Below, piece after piece: positions 27,331 through 37,268 of a stretch of DNA of 64,000 nucleotides. The stretch spans positions 762 through 64,761 of the forward strand of contig WRIL01000008.1 of NCBI GenBank assembly GCA_009782775.1, read 5' to 3'. Within the stretch, counting starts at the first letter, position 1, and the number at the start of each line of letters is the position of its first letter. The translations under genes and the position numbers were made by a program. The notes under the pieces were generated by a model, which saw only the letters and a program-made list of their open reading frames with translations, ran no database searches and was not told where the DNA came from. This DNA comes from Desulfovibrionaceae bacterium. GTDB taxonomy: Bacteria > Desulfobacterota > Desulfovibrionia > Desulfovibrionales > Desulfovibrionaceae.

Positions 27331-28959
27331 ATGACTGAGGCCCAGGAAGGCGAAATACTGCGGGAAGAAGGCAACGCCAGCCAAGGCAGTGAAGGACGTG
27401 GCGAACCGGAGCGGACGGCCTCCGCGCCGCCCAGTCCCGACGACGACGCCAGTTTCGCCGATATGCTAGCCCGGCAGGAAGAAGCCTCGGCGGCTCCCCG
27501 CCTGGAGCCCGGACAGAGGGTAAAGGCCACGGTGGTGGCCGTCACCAGTGATACGGTTTTTGTAAGCACCGGGAGCAAGGTGGACGGCATTGTGGAGAAG
27601 GCCGAGCTGGAACATGACGGCATAAGCTGCGCGGTGGGCGATGTGCTGGATTTGTATGTGGCCCATGTCTCGCCCCAAGAGATGCGCCTGTCCAGAGTTC
27701 TGCGCGGGGCCGGCGGTCTGGAGGCCCTGGAGGAGGCCAAAAACGGCGGTCTGCCGGTGGAAGGCAAGGTGTTGGCCACGGTCAAGGGCGGATTTTCAGT
27801 GGAAATAATGCGCCGCCGCGCTTTTTGCCCATCCAGCCAGATGGACCTGCGACCAGTGGATGACCCGGACCTCCACCTGGGCAAAGTTTACCAGTTCCGC
27901 ATCACCCGCATGGAACAAAACGGCCGCAACCTGGTGCTTTCCCGGCGAACCTTGCTGGAAGCCGAACAGGCGGAAAACCTGCAGACCTTTCTGGACCGGG
28001 TTCAAGAAGGAGAGGTTCTGGAAGGAACTGTGCGACGCCTCACCTCCTTTGGCGTCTTTGTGGAACTGGCTCCTGGGGTGGAAGGACTGGCGCATGTTTC
28101 AGAGCTTTCCTGGTCAAAACTGACCGCCCCGGACGAAACGCTGACCATCGGACAGAATGTGCGCGCCAAATTGCTGGGCGTGATCAGAGAGGATAAGGGG
28201 ACGAAAATTTCCCTATCCTTGCGCCAGGTTAGCGAAGACCCCTGGAACAGCGCAGGCGAGAGACTGCGCGCCGGTGATACGGTCAACGGCCGGGTAACCC
28301 GCCTAGCCGAATTCGGGGCCTTTACCGAGATCCTGCCAGGGATCGAAGGATTGATCCACCTTTCGGAACTTTCCTGGGAAAAACGCGTGGCCAAAGCCCA
28401 GGATGTGCTTGCCGTGGGGGAAGAGGTCCTCGTCAAAGTTAAGGAAGTGGACCTGGAAAAACGCCGTATATCCTTAAGCCTGCGTGATGCCGCCGGCGAC
28501 CCGTGGGGGACGGTGGCCGAAGATTTCGCGGTGGACAGCCTGCACAACGGGCGCCTGGAAAAACATTCCAAATTCGGCCTGTTCATTAATCTGGCTCCCG
28601 GCATAACCGGACTTATGCCCAGTTCTTTCATCGCCCAAGTGCGCGGCAAAAACCGCCTGGATAAGCTCGCCCCCGGAGATGATCTACAGGTGCGGATAGC
28701 TGAAATGGACCTGAACGCCAGGAAAATCACCCTGGCACCGGCGGGAGAGGACGCGGAAGAAATCGTGCGGGTAAAAGGCCCGGCTCCCGCTCCGGGCCAG
28801 GGCGCCAAACATGAAAGCGGACGGGGAAAGCGCTCCGTCGGTTCCAGAAGAGACGAACCCGCTGATTGGAAACAGCACGCCGCCAAGGGCTCCAGCAGCG
28901 GTTTCGGCGGTTCCCTGGGGCTGGCCCTGACCGCGGCCCTTGAAAAAAAGAAAAAATAA
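27331..28959 (+). CDS. S1 RNA-binding-domain protein (ribosomal protein S1 family)
   Basis: Repeated S1 OB-fold signatures, e.g. [34 protein letters not shown] and [34 protein letters not shown]. Acidic ~80-aa N-terminus and Lys/Arg/Gly-rich C-tail. ATG at 27331 follows CAGGAG. Confidence 0.8.
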   Translation: MTEAQEGEILREEGNASQGSEGRGEPERTASAPPSPDDDASFADMLARQEEASAAPRLEPGQRVKATVVAVTSDTVFVSTGSKVDGIVEKAELEHDGISCAVGDVLDLYVAHVSPQEMRLSRVLRGAGGLEALEEAKNGGLPVEGKVLATVKGGFSVEIMRRRAFCPSSQMDLRPVDDPDLHLGKVYQFRITRMEQNGRNLVLSRRTLLEAEQAENLQTFLDRVQEGEVLEGTVRRLTSFGVFVELAPGVEGLAHVSELSWSKLTAPDETLTIGQNVRAKLLGVIREDKGTKISLSLRQVSEDPWNSAGERLRAGDTVNGRVTRLAEFGAFTEILPGIEGLIHLSELSWEKRVAKAQDVLAVGEEVLVKVKEVDLEKRRISLSLRDAAGDPWGTVAEDFAVDSLHNGRLEKHSKFGLFINLAPGITGLMPSSFIAQVRGKNRLDKLAPGDDLQVRIAEMDLNARKITLAPAGEDAEEIVRVKGPAPAPGQGAKHESGRGKRSVGSRRDEPADWKQHAAKGSSSGFGGSLGLALTAALEKKKK

Positions 28960-29051
28960 GCAAAGTTTTAGTTTTCGCGGCTGCGACCGATAAGGCATAC
29001 ATAAGGAGCCCTGCGAGGTATTTTTCACTCGCCGGGAAACCAGAGACGTCT

Positions 29052-31772
29052 ATGATTCCATTAAAGGCACTACAGAATAGCGGCCAGCGCCAGGATGGCG
29101 ACACCCTGCTGGAAGGCGCAGGCTACGGCCTGTGGGTGGTCTGGGACGGCAAGGTAAACCCTGTCCTGGAGCAAACCCTGCTGGACTATGGCGGGCTCCG
29201 GGTCAACGGAGCGCACGATCAGGCCCTCTGGTTCTTTTTTACCCTGGATGTCTTCCTGGCGGCCGCCAAACTGGAAGTTTGGGCCAAATACAATACCATG
29301 GCCGTGACCATCCAGATCTTTGAGGCCGAAATCAAATGCTCCAAGGATGGACAGAACTTTTTAGAGTTGCCGCCGGGATTATGGGAACAGTCCATTGACC
29401 GGCCTTTCGGTTTTGAACTATATCTGCGTATGACGGAATTGCCCCAGGATGTCGCCCTCTCCGGCATCACCCTGGCGCAGATCTCCAAACCCCAGGCTTT
29501 TTGCGCCGGCGCCTGGCGCAAGCTCCAGGCGGATCAACGTCTTCCCTATAAGTGTACCCTGGCTTGGTATGTTGTCTTGCGGCCGGTGGGTAGCAGCCTG
29601 GATAAAAATTTCCAGGTCGGCTGGCGCGATTTTTTTGCCCGGCTGGAAGACGTCCTACAACGCAATAAGCTGCGTTTCAATATCAATGACAACTTTCTGA
29701 TGCTTCCCCTGGATTCGCTGCGCCAGCTCCGCCAATGGTGCCGTGATTACCTGAATCTGGTGGCTCGCGGCAAGAAGGCCGATAACAAAGATCTCGTCCA
29801 TTGGCCTTGCGTCATGGCCATCATTGAAAGAAAAAAACTCCATTTCAACAACGAATTGCCACACAACATGGGACTGGACTGGAACCAGCTCATGCCCGAT
29901 ATGCCGCATCTTTCCATGCGGGACGCGATGCTCCTGGGCGAGGATTTTCAAATCCAGGAAGTACGTTTCGCCAGGAACGAACACACCCCCTCGGCCTGGT
30001 GCAATATCGGCCTGGCCGGAGAAGAATCGGCCAGGGGCAGGGAATTGCCCAACCTTGTCCCGGGAGCTCTGGTCTTCGGCCCGCACGAATATTGTTTTTA
30101 TTGCGGCCAGCGTAGCCATCTCAGCCATGACTGCCCCACCCGCGATCTGGAGCGGAACGCCCAGGGAATCTGGGATACTGTGGGCGCCCACAACCTGGAT
30201 ACCCTTAAAAAAGCCTCCCTGGAAATCAACCGGCGTTTACAGAACAATCCCGAGGGCACGGACGAGCTGCTCAATGACGATGATGAAAAGGGGGGGCTGA
30301 TCCGGGGCATCCTCAGCATTAACGCCACCGTTCAGTTGCGCAACATAGCGCAATTCTGGAAACTGCGCGGACGGGACATTCCCAAGGTCATGGATTCCTC
30401 GGAAAGCGAAGACAGTAACCCGATCTGGGGAGTGTTGCGCGCTTTCCGTAGCCGAGACCCCAGCGCCATGGACAAAGAATTGCAGAACATGCAGGTGCGC
30501 TTTCCCAGGGACTACCGCATCTTTTGCCTGTCAGGCTTTGCGGCCATGGAAAGGAGAGACTTGGCCAAGGCCGAGGAATACTGGCGGCAGGCCCATGTCA
30601 TGTGCTTTCCCGGGGCCACGCAATCCTGGCATATGTTCCTGCTGGCCCGCCTGGCGGAATTCCAGGGGCACTACGCCGACGCCATTTCCCGGTATGGCAA
30701 AGCGCTGGAGTCCGCTCCCGGATGGACCGAGGCGGAATACCGCAAGATGGTCTGCCACGTAAAAAGCGGCTTTGTGGGTCGAGCCCTTCCCCTGATCAAT
30801 TCGCTTATCCTAAAAAATCCGCATTATTTCAATTGGATCTTGTTGGATCCTGAACTGGATCGTGGTCAGACCACCATCATGGGCACCTTGGCCATGTATT
30901 GGAATGCCACCGAAACCCAGATCCAGGAAGAGCGCGGGCAATTGCATCAAATACGGAATGAGCTGCACAACTGGTTTACGGAAGAAAGCGATTTTTTGCG
31001 CGAAATGTCCCAGCGCATCGAAAAAGTGCTAAGCCTGAGCAGTATCAAAAATTTTGTGCCTTACCAGATGGCGATCAACAGCCGGAGCAAAATTGAATAT
31101 GACCTTCAGGCCAAGATAATGCACGAAATTAAAACTTATAAGGAGGTCTTCGGCAAATACCTGGATCGCCTAGCCAAGATCCGGGATGAGGCCGCCTGGT
31201 TCCCTTTTCCAAAAATGCTCAGGGAATTCAATCGCAATTACAATAACAGTGCGGCCAACCTGGACTGGGTAATGCACAACAACATGCATGCTCCGGAGAT
31301 CTTCAAAAAGGCCCAGATCATGATCCAGCAAGAAGAAGAGCGCATCGCCTCCATGGAAAGGCGTCTGCGTCTCTTGCGCATCGTGCGCGACGGAACCTTG
31401 TTCACCTTGGTTGTGGCAAGAAAATTCTTCTGGATTGAGCTCCTCGGCCTGGCCTTGGTCCTGATCATCTTTCCATTGCTGATCTATTACGGAAGACAGG
31501 CCGGAGCAACATGGATCTATGACGTGCTTGTCAAAGAACAGTGGTCCATCCAGAAAATCTGCATCATCATTATTTCCGTGCTGTCCCTCGTGGGCGCGGT
31601 TTTTTGGAGCATTTTGCGTTTCGAAAATATCCGCGCAAAGCTCTTCCGCCAAGCTAAAGAACTGGCCGAAAAACAAGGCCGGGCCCAAGCCAAAAAAATG
31701 GAAAGACGCCGCCAGGAGCTGCAAGCGCACAGACAGGCGCAGGCGCGCAAACAGCGTGTCGCCCTCAAATAG
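29052..31772 (+). CDS. Large membrane-anchored protein with CCHC zinc knuckle and TPR-like repeats (function unknown)
   Basis: 906-aa ORF. CFYCGQRSHLSHDC (CX2CX4HX4C) is encoded at 30093-30134. TPR-like helices around aa 490-600, two hydrophobic helices around aa 790-860, and a K/R/Q-rich tail. Confidence 0.8.
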   Translation: MIPLKALQNSGQRQDGDTLLEGAGYGLWVVWDGKVNPVLEQTLLDYGGLRVNGAHDQALWFFFTLDVFLAAAKLEVWAKYNTMAVTIQIFEAEIKCSKDGQNFLELPPGLWEQSIDRPFGFELYLRMTELPQDVALSGITLAQISKPQAFCAGAWRKLQADQRLPYKCTLAWYVVLRPVGSSLDKNFQVGWRDFFARLEDVLQRNKLRFNINDNFLMLPLDSLRQLRQWCRDYLNLVARGKKADNKDLVHWPCVMAIIERKKLHFNNELPHNMGLDWNQLMPDMPHLSMRDAMLLGEDFQIQEVRFARNEHTPSAWCNIGLAGEESARGRELPNLVPGALVFGPHEYCFYCGQRSHLSHDCPTRDLERNAQGIWDTVGAHNLDTLKKASLEINRRLQNNPEGTDELLNDDDEKGGLIRGILSINATVQLRNIAQFWKLRGRDIPKVMDSSESEDSNPIWGVLRAFRSRDPSAMDKELQNMQVRFPRDYRIFCLSGFAAMERRDLAKAEEYWRQAHVMCFPGATQSWHMFLLARLAEFQGHYADAISRYGKALESAPGWTEAEYRKMVCHVKSGFVGRALPLINSLILKNPHYFNWILLDPELDRGQTTIMGTLAMYWNATETQIQEERGQLHQIRNELHNWFTEESDFLREMSQRIEKVLSLSSIKNFVPYQMAINSRSKIEYDLQAKIMHEIKTYKEVFGKYLDRLAKIRDEAAWFPFPKMLREFNRNYNNSAANLDWVMHNNMHAPEIFKKAQIMIQQEEERIASMERRLRLLRIVRDGTLFTLVVARKFFWIELLGLALVLIIFPLLIYYGRQAGATWIYDVLVKEQWSIQKICIIIISVLSLVGAVFWSILRFENIRAKLFRQAKELAEKQGRAQAKKMERRRQELQAHRQAQARKQRVALK

Positions 31773-31781
31773 TACGACTGT

Positions 31782-32846
31782 TTACTGAAGCGCGTTTTGC
31801 CAGGCTCGCGCGAACCAGGCCGCGAAATCCTCCGGCGCGTGCGCCGTCCGGCCGAAATGCAATTCGCTCTCCAGCACAAAATACCGGCAGCGATCCTTTT
31901 CTGACAAAAGCGTGCGGATCTTCACCGCGTCCTTGACGGTGGTCGCAATGGGCAGGCCGGACCGGCGCAGATCACATAGATCTGCGGCCTTATAGAAGTA
32001 ATGATCCGGAAAAATAAATTCCCTGGCCGGGGGGCGACCCAGGAGCAAGGTCAATCCACGCCGCACGGAGGCAGGGTTCCCTACGGCCGTAGCCAGGGCA
32101 TAATCCCGGCCTCGCAGGTATTCCGTCCCATCGCCGCCCGGCTCCGCTTCGAGAGCGCTCAATACCACGGGGACAAGGTCAAAGGCAAAGACCGGCTTAC
32201 CCTCCGGCAGGCGCTCCCTGGCAATTTCCAGGAGTTCTTCGCTTTCTTCCGGTGAGACGCGCAACATGAATGCGTCCGCCCGTTCCAGGGCTTTGGGCCC
32301 CTCCCGCCAGGACCCCAGGGGGATGACCCGACCCCACCCTGCTCCCAGATCTTCAGGAAGTAAAAGCGTCAGGTTCACATGCCGCCGCAGGGTCAAATGC
32401 TGCATGGCATCGTCCATGATAATGAAGTCGGCGCGGCTGTTGGCCTTAAGCCAGCCGAGGGCACGCCGGCGGCTGGGATCGGCCAGGATGCACGCCTGGG
32501 GATGGGCCTGGGCCAGCATCAACGGTTCATCGCCGGCGGCTTCCGGGCTGGTCCAGGGTTTTACCAGTAAAGGACGCTCCTCGTTCCTGCCTCCGTAGCC
32601 CCTGGAAAGCACTGCCGGCGTAAGCCCTCGTTCCGCCGCCCAACGCAACATCCAGCCGGCCATGGGGGTTTTGCCGCTTCCCCCCCAGGAAATATTCCCC
32701 AGGGAAACGCAAAAGACGCCGGGATCAAGGCTGGGCAGGAGGCCCGCGGAATAGGCCCCGGCCCGCAAGCTCATGCACGTAGCGTATAAAAACGAAAGCG
32801 GCCGCAACAGAGGGGCCAGTTTTTTCTGCGCCCAAAGGTAATCCAT
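31782..32846 (-). CDS. lpxK: Tetraacyldisaccharide 4'-kinase
   Basis: LGNISWGGSGKTPMAGWM P-loop and VLSRGYGG motif. 354 aa. Confidence 0.9.
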   Translation of the reverse strand: MDYLWAQKKLAPLLRPLSFLYATCMSLRAGAYSAGLLPSLDPGVFCVSLGNISWGGSGKTPMAGWMLRWAAERGLTPAVLSRGYGGRNEERPLLVKPWTSPEAAGDEPLMLAQAHPQACILADPSRRRALGWLKANSRADFIIMDDAMQHLTLRRHVNLTLLLPEDLGAGWGRVIPLGSWREGPKALERADAFMLRVSPEESEELLEIARERLPEGKPVFAFDLVPVVLSALEAEPGGDGTEYLRGRDYALATAVGNPASVRRGLTLLLGRPPAREFIFPDHYFYKAADLCDLRRSGLPIATTVKDAVKIRTLLSEKDRCRYFVLESELHFGRTAHAPEDFAAWFARAWQNALQ

Positions 32847-32871
32847 GCGCTTGGCCGGCGCCTCCGCCTTT

Positions 32872-33582
32872 TTAACGTCTGTTGCCGAAGATGCGCAGCA
32901 GGAAAATGAACAAATTGATGAAGTCCAGATAAAGGGTCAGAGCGCCCCTGATGGTGCCACGATGCACCGCCAGAGTATCGTCCATGGGCGCGCTTTCTCC
33001 CATGAGGCGCAGCTTTTGGGTGTCATGAGCGGTCAGCCCCAGGAAAACGATCACCCCGATCACGCAAATGGCGTAGTCCAGGGCCGGAGATTTGGTGAAC
33101 CAGTTTATCAGGCTGGCGATGATGATGCCGATGAGCCCCACGAACATGAAGCTCCCCATGCCGGTCAGATCCCGCTTGGTCAGCAGCCCGTACAGGCTGA
33201 AGGCGGCGAAGGTGCCGGAGGCGGTCGCAAAGGCCTTGATGAAGACATCCGAGGGATAAACCAGGAGAAACAGCGACAGGGTAAGCCCGCTCAGGGCGCT
33301 GTACAACAGGAACATGCAGGTGGCCATCCCGGCGGACATCTTGTGGATGGCCGCGCTCAAGGCTATTACCATCCCAAGTTGGGCGACGATCAGCAAGATA
33401 AAGCCGAAACTGCCGCCAAAGATCAGTTGCAGCAAAAAAGGACTGTGCGCCGTGTACCAGGCCACGCCAGCAGTCACCGCGAGCCCGGCGGTCATCCAGG
33501 CGTAAACTCCGCGCAAAAAGCTGTTGAGCGTCGACTCAACCCTTACAATCGTCCCCGAACGCCCGGAATTATACTGGCTCAT
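32872..33582 (-). CDS. Bax inhibitor-1/YccA family membrane protein
   Basis: 236 aa with seven TM segments, N-terminal LNSFLRGVYAWM and a basic C-terminal tail, typical of BI-1/YccA. Confidence 0.88.
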   Translation of the reverse strand: MSQYNSGRSGTIVRVESTLNSFLRGVYAWMTAGLAVTAGVAWYTAHSPFLLQLIFGGSFGFILLIVAQLGMVIALSAAIHKMSAGMATCMFLLYSALSGLTLSLFLLVYPSDVFIKAFATASGTFAAFSLYGLLTKRDLTGMGSFMFVGLIGIIIASLINWFTKSPALDYAICVIGVIVFLGLTAHDTQKLRLMGESAPMDDTLAVHRGTIRGALTLYLDFINLFIFLLRIFGNRR

Positions 33583-33735
33583 GGCAGATTCTCTCCCTTA
33601 TTAGGTTGCGTATGTTTTCATTAAACCAGCCTCCCGGAGGGGCCAGATCACCCGGATTGACCAGGAGCATATTTTACTCTTATATATTTTTCCACGGACA
33701 AGTTCAACTCCGGCTTGAACGGAAGAGGGGGAATA

Positions 33736-36006
33736 ATGGGCAAAAAACTCTGCATCCACGGTCACTTTTACCAACCTCAACGTAAAGACCCCTGGTTCGG
33801 CAGAATCTTCATCGAACCCAGCGCCGCTCCCAGGCGGCACTGGAACGAGCGCATCACCAGGGAAAGCTATGCTCCGCTGGCCTGGAGCCGCCGCCTGGAC
33901 GGAAACGGCAAGATCACCGACCTGATCAACTGCTATGAATGGATGAGCTTCAATGTAGGCCCGACCCTGATGAACTGGCTGGAACGTGAAGAACCCAGTC
34001 TCCTGGCCCGCATCCAGGAAGCGGATCGCCTGAGCCTAGCCCGCTGGGGACATGGCAACGCCGTGGCCCAGATATTTCACCATATCATCATGCCCTTGGC
34101 TTCGGATTTGGACAAAGAAACGGAAATCGCCTGGGCTCTGGCTGATTTTGAGATACGTTTCCAGCGGCCGGCCGAAGGCCTGTGGCTTTCAGAATGCGCG
34201 GCCGACCTCCTTACCCTGGAAGCGGTGGCCGCCAAAGGCATAAAATTCGTGCTACTCTCCCCCCATCAGGCCCAAAGCGTGCGCTTGAGCCCGGAAAAGC
34301 CGGAACTACCGGTGGATGGCTACAGCCTGGATGTGGGGCGACCTTACCTGATAGACTTACCCTCCGGCCGGAACATCGCGGCTTTTTTTTACCAGGCCGA
34401 ACTAGCCCAAAATGTTGCCTTTGAAGGACTGCTCCGTGACGGGGAAAAATTTTGGCAAAAACTTAAAAACAGCGCCGCCGACCTGCCAGGGGAAGACTCC
34501 TTGCTCACCCTTGCCACGGACGGGGAAACCTACGGACACCATTTCACCTTTGGAGAGATGGCCCTGGCCTATGCTCTAGCCCAGAGCTACGCCGGGCGTG
34601 ATAACCTGGAACTGACCAATTTCGGGACCTACCTTGAAATCCATCCCCCGACGGCCAAGGTCACTTTGCACAATCCCTCCTCCTGGAGTTGCGCCCACGG
34701 GGTGGAACGCTGGCGTAGCGACTGCGGATGCAGCACCGACGGACAGCCGGGTTGGAACCAAGCCTGGCGCGCTCCCTTGCGCAAGGCCCTGGACAAGATG
34801 AAAAGGGCCGTGGATGCGCATTACTTCGCCCAAGGCCGGGAAATCTTCCGCGACCCCAAAGCCGCGCTGCTGGATTTCGGGCGGGTGCTTGTAAACCATG
34901 AACTGGCCGCGCCTTTTCTGGAAAAACACCTGCTCCGTCCGGAACAGGCGCTCCCTGCCTGGCAGCTACTACATATGCAGGAAAACGCCTGCGCCGCCTA
35001 CACCAGTTGCGCTTGGTTCTTTGACGATATCTCCCGCATCGAGCCGGTCAATGGCTTGCGCTTCGCCCTGCGGGCCGTGGAACTGCTCTCCGCCTCCGGC
35101 GGACCGGAACTGCGCCCGGCTTTGGAGGAAATCCTGGCCCAGGCCAAGTCCAACTACCCGGAAGAAGGCAGCGGGCTGGACATTTTTCATCGCCGCGTAC
35201 TCCCAAGCCGCCAGGATCCCGCCAGCATATGCCTGTTTGCCTACTTGCAGGCCTGGGCGGAAAGGCGTCTCCCTCCTCCAGGCCAGAGCGTGGAACTGGT
35301 TTACCCCAGCCTGCGCGTCCGCCTGACCTCCCAGGAATATGCAGCGGAAAATTCCCGCGGGCTGGCCGTCCTTTCCACCCCGGAAAGCGAGGACGGAAAT
35401 GCTTATCTGTGGAACGGCCGGCTCCCTCTCCCTGAAGGAACGGAAGAAGCGGCCGGATATGCGATCAACCTGGAAGCGCGGGAAGAAGGCCGCCCGGAAA
35501 CAGTCTTCCGCTGCCTGGAAAAGGACCTGGCCCGGTACCTGCGCGATTATCTGGGCACTCTCCACCTGGCTTCACTGCTAAACAGTCAGCGCCCGGAAAC
35601 CTTGCGGACGGCCCGTTACATCCTGGCCGGGCTGACCATCGCCGATGAAGGGCAGCACTCCCGTCCGGCCGCCCCGCACTGGACCACCATCGCCCCTTAC
35701 CTGCCCCTAGCCGTGTATCTTGATTCCTTACCGGAAAAAACCCTGGAGCAAATCCGCGACCTGGTGAAGCTGCATTTGGCGGGAGAGGAGACGCTCGCCC
35801 TAGCCGTGGAGCTTCTGGAAGCGGAGGTGCTGGAAGATTTGCGCCAGGGACGCAAACAGGATGCCGAGCTTTGTGCTGCGGTAAAACGTGCCCGGACGGT
35901 CTTTGAGGGTATGGACTGGTGGCGGGTGCAGAACGCCCTTTGGAACGGAAAACAGACCCGCCGGGAATTCATGCGGACAGCGGAGGAACTGGGCTTCAGG
36001 TCTTGA
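33736..36006 (+). CDS. Glycoside hydrolase family 57 protein with DUF3536-type C-terminal domain
   Basis: MGKKLCIHGHFYQPQRKDPW (GH57 HxHxYQP start), ATDGETYGHH catalytic-region motif. ATG at 33736 follows GAGGGGGA. Confidence 0.85.
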   Translation: MGKKLCIHGHFYQPQRKDPWFGRIFIEPSAAPRRHWNERITRESYAPLAWSRRLDGNGKITDLINCYEWMSFNVGPTLMNWLEREEPSLLARIQEADRLSLARWGHGNAVAQIFHHIIMPLASDLDKETEIAWALADFEIRFQRPAEGLWLSECAADLLTLEAVAAKGIKFVLLSPHQAQSVRLSPEKPELPVDGYSLDVGRPYLIDLPSGRNIAAFFYQAELAQNVAFEGLLRDGEKFWQKLKNSAADLPGEDSLLTLATDGETYGHHFTFGEMALAYALAQSYAGRDNLELTNFGTYLEIHPPTAKVTLHNPSSWSCAHGVERWRSDCGCSTDGQPGWNQAWRAPLRKALDKMKRAVDAHYFAQGREIFRDPKAALLDFGRVLVNHELAAPFLEKHLLRPEQALPAWQLLHMQENACAAYTSCAWFFDDISRIEPVNGLRFALRAVELLSASGGPELRPALEEILAQAKSNYPEEGSGLDIFHRRVLPSRQDPASICLFAYLQAWAERRLPPPGQSVELVYPSLRVRLTSQEYAAENSRGLAVLSTPESEDGNAYLWNGRLPLPEGTEEAAGYAINLEAREEGRPETVFRCLEKDLARYLRDYLGTLHLASLLNSQRPETLRTARYILAGLTIADEGQHSRPAAPHWTTIAPYLPLAVYLDSLPEKTLEQIRDLVKLHLAGEETLALAVELLEAEVLEDLRQGRKQDAELCAAVKRARTVFEGMDWWRVQNALWNGKQTRREFMRTAEELGFRS

Positions 36007-36063
36007 TTTTCGCTCTCTGGTGCGCTATGTTTTATGACCATTAAGACTGAACGGGAGCCAAGT

Positions 36064-36672
36064 ATGCGCCTGGTAGAATTCGCTCTGGGTCCTCTGGAGA
36101 CCAACTGTTTTCTGCTCCATGACGAACAGGAGGCCGTGATCATAGACGTGGGGGGAGATCCTTCACCCATGCTGACCTATTTGCGCAAGAACAAACTGGC
36201 CTTAAGCCGGATCCTGCTTACCCATCTGCACTTTGATCACGTCCTGGGGGTGGCCGCCCTGCAGGAAGCCACCAAGGCGGAAGCGTACTGCTCTCCGCGG
36301 GACTGGGGCCTCCTGGAAGGACAGAATTTGAGCGGCTACATCCCCTCGGTGCGCCTGTTCAGGCACAGCGACCTGGATGAAGGCAAACTCCAGCTGCTGG
36401 GCGAGGATTGCCGGGTGCTGGCCACGCCGGGCCACTCTCCGGGTAGCCTTTCCTATTATGTGCCAAGCTTGCAGGCCTTGTTCGGCGGGGATGTGCTTTT
36501 TTACAATTCCATCGGACGCACCGACTTTGAGGGCGGCAACAGCGCCGTGCTGAGCCGGAGCATCCGGGAAAAATTCTATACCCTGCCGGGTGATACCAAG
36601 GTTTACACGGGACATGGCCAAACCACCTCCATACAGTGGGAAAAAAGCACCAATCCTTTTGTACAGGCTTAA
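36064..36672 (+). CDS. MBL-fold metallo-hydrolase (glyoxalase II-like)
   Basis: THLHFDHVLG (HxHxDH) and TPGHSPGS motifs. The start could also be ATG at 36034. Confidence 0.8.
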   Translation: MRLVEFALGPLETNCFLLHDEQEAVIIDVGGDPSPMLTYLRKNKLALSRILLTHLHFDHVLGVAALQEATKAEAYCSPRDWGLLEGQNLSGYIPSVRLFRHSDLDEGKLQLLGEDCRVLATPGHSPGSLSYYVPSLQALFGGDVLFYNSIGRTDFEGGNSAVLSRSIREKFYTLPGDTKVYTGHGQTTSIQWEKSTNPFVQA

Positions 36673-37268
36673 ATCCGCTAGGAGTTCCCTGGCTGCTGGC
36701 CGCCAGCCCGCGCGCCGGCAACACCCTGGAAGCGGCCCGCCTTTTTGCCGCCGGTTTTGCGCGAAAGCGTCCCGGCCTCTCCACCATCCTCCTGAATGAT
36801 TACCGGGTTCTGCCCTGCCAGGCCTGCGGCGTCTGCGACCGCCAGGGCGCCGTCTGCCCCCAGGCGGCCCTGGACGACAGCCGCCACCTCTTTGATCGTC
36901 TCGTGCAGGCACCTTTTCTGGCCCTGGCCGCGCCGATCTATTTTTACCACCTCCCCGCCCAGCTAAAAGCCCTTTTGGATCGCTGCCAGTTTTACCACCA
37001 AGCCGCCACCAGGGGGGAATTCCGCCAGCCCGGATTTCGCGGACGGCGTGCCCGGGTAATCCTGCTGGGCGCAAGGATCTCCGGCGAAGAATTATTCCGG
37101 GGGAGCCTCTTGAGCCTGAAATGGGCGCTGGCCCCCCTGGGTTTTGAACTGGCCGAACCGCTTCTGCTGCGCGGACTGGACAGTCCCGTGGACCTGCAAA
37201 CGCGGAAAGATTTCCGGGAACTGCTCCTGGACTATGGAGAAGCCGCCGCCGGAGATTTACCATGCTGA
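36636..37268 (+). CDS. Iron-sulfur flavoprotein (Isf)-like NADPH-dependent FMN reductase family protein
   Basis: LLAASPRAGNT flavodoxin-like start and compact Cys cluster CQACGVCDRQGAVC (CX2CX2CX7C). Only GTG at 36636 is available in frame, giving a 37-nt overlap with the MBL gene. Confidence 0.7.
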   Translation: MGKKHQSFCTGLNPLGVPWLLAASPRAGNTLEAARLFAAGFARKRPGLSTILLNDYRVLPCQACGVCDRQGAVCPQAALDDSRHLFDRLVQAPFLALAAPIYFYHLPAQLKALLDRCQFYHQAATRGEFRQPGFRGRRARVILLGARISGEELFRGSLLSLKWALAPLGFELAEPLLLRGLDSPVDLQTRKDFRELLLDYGEAAAGDLPC

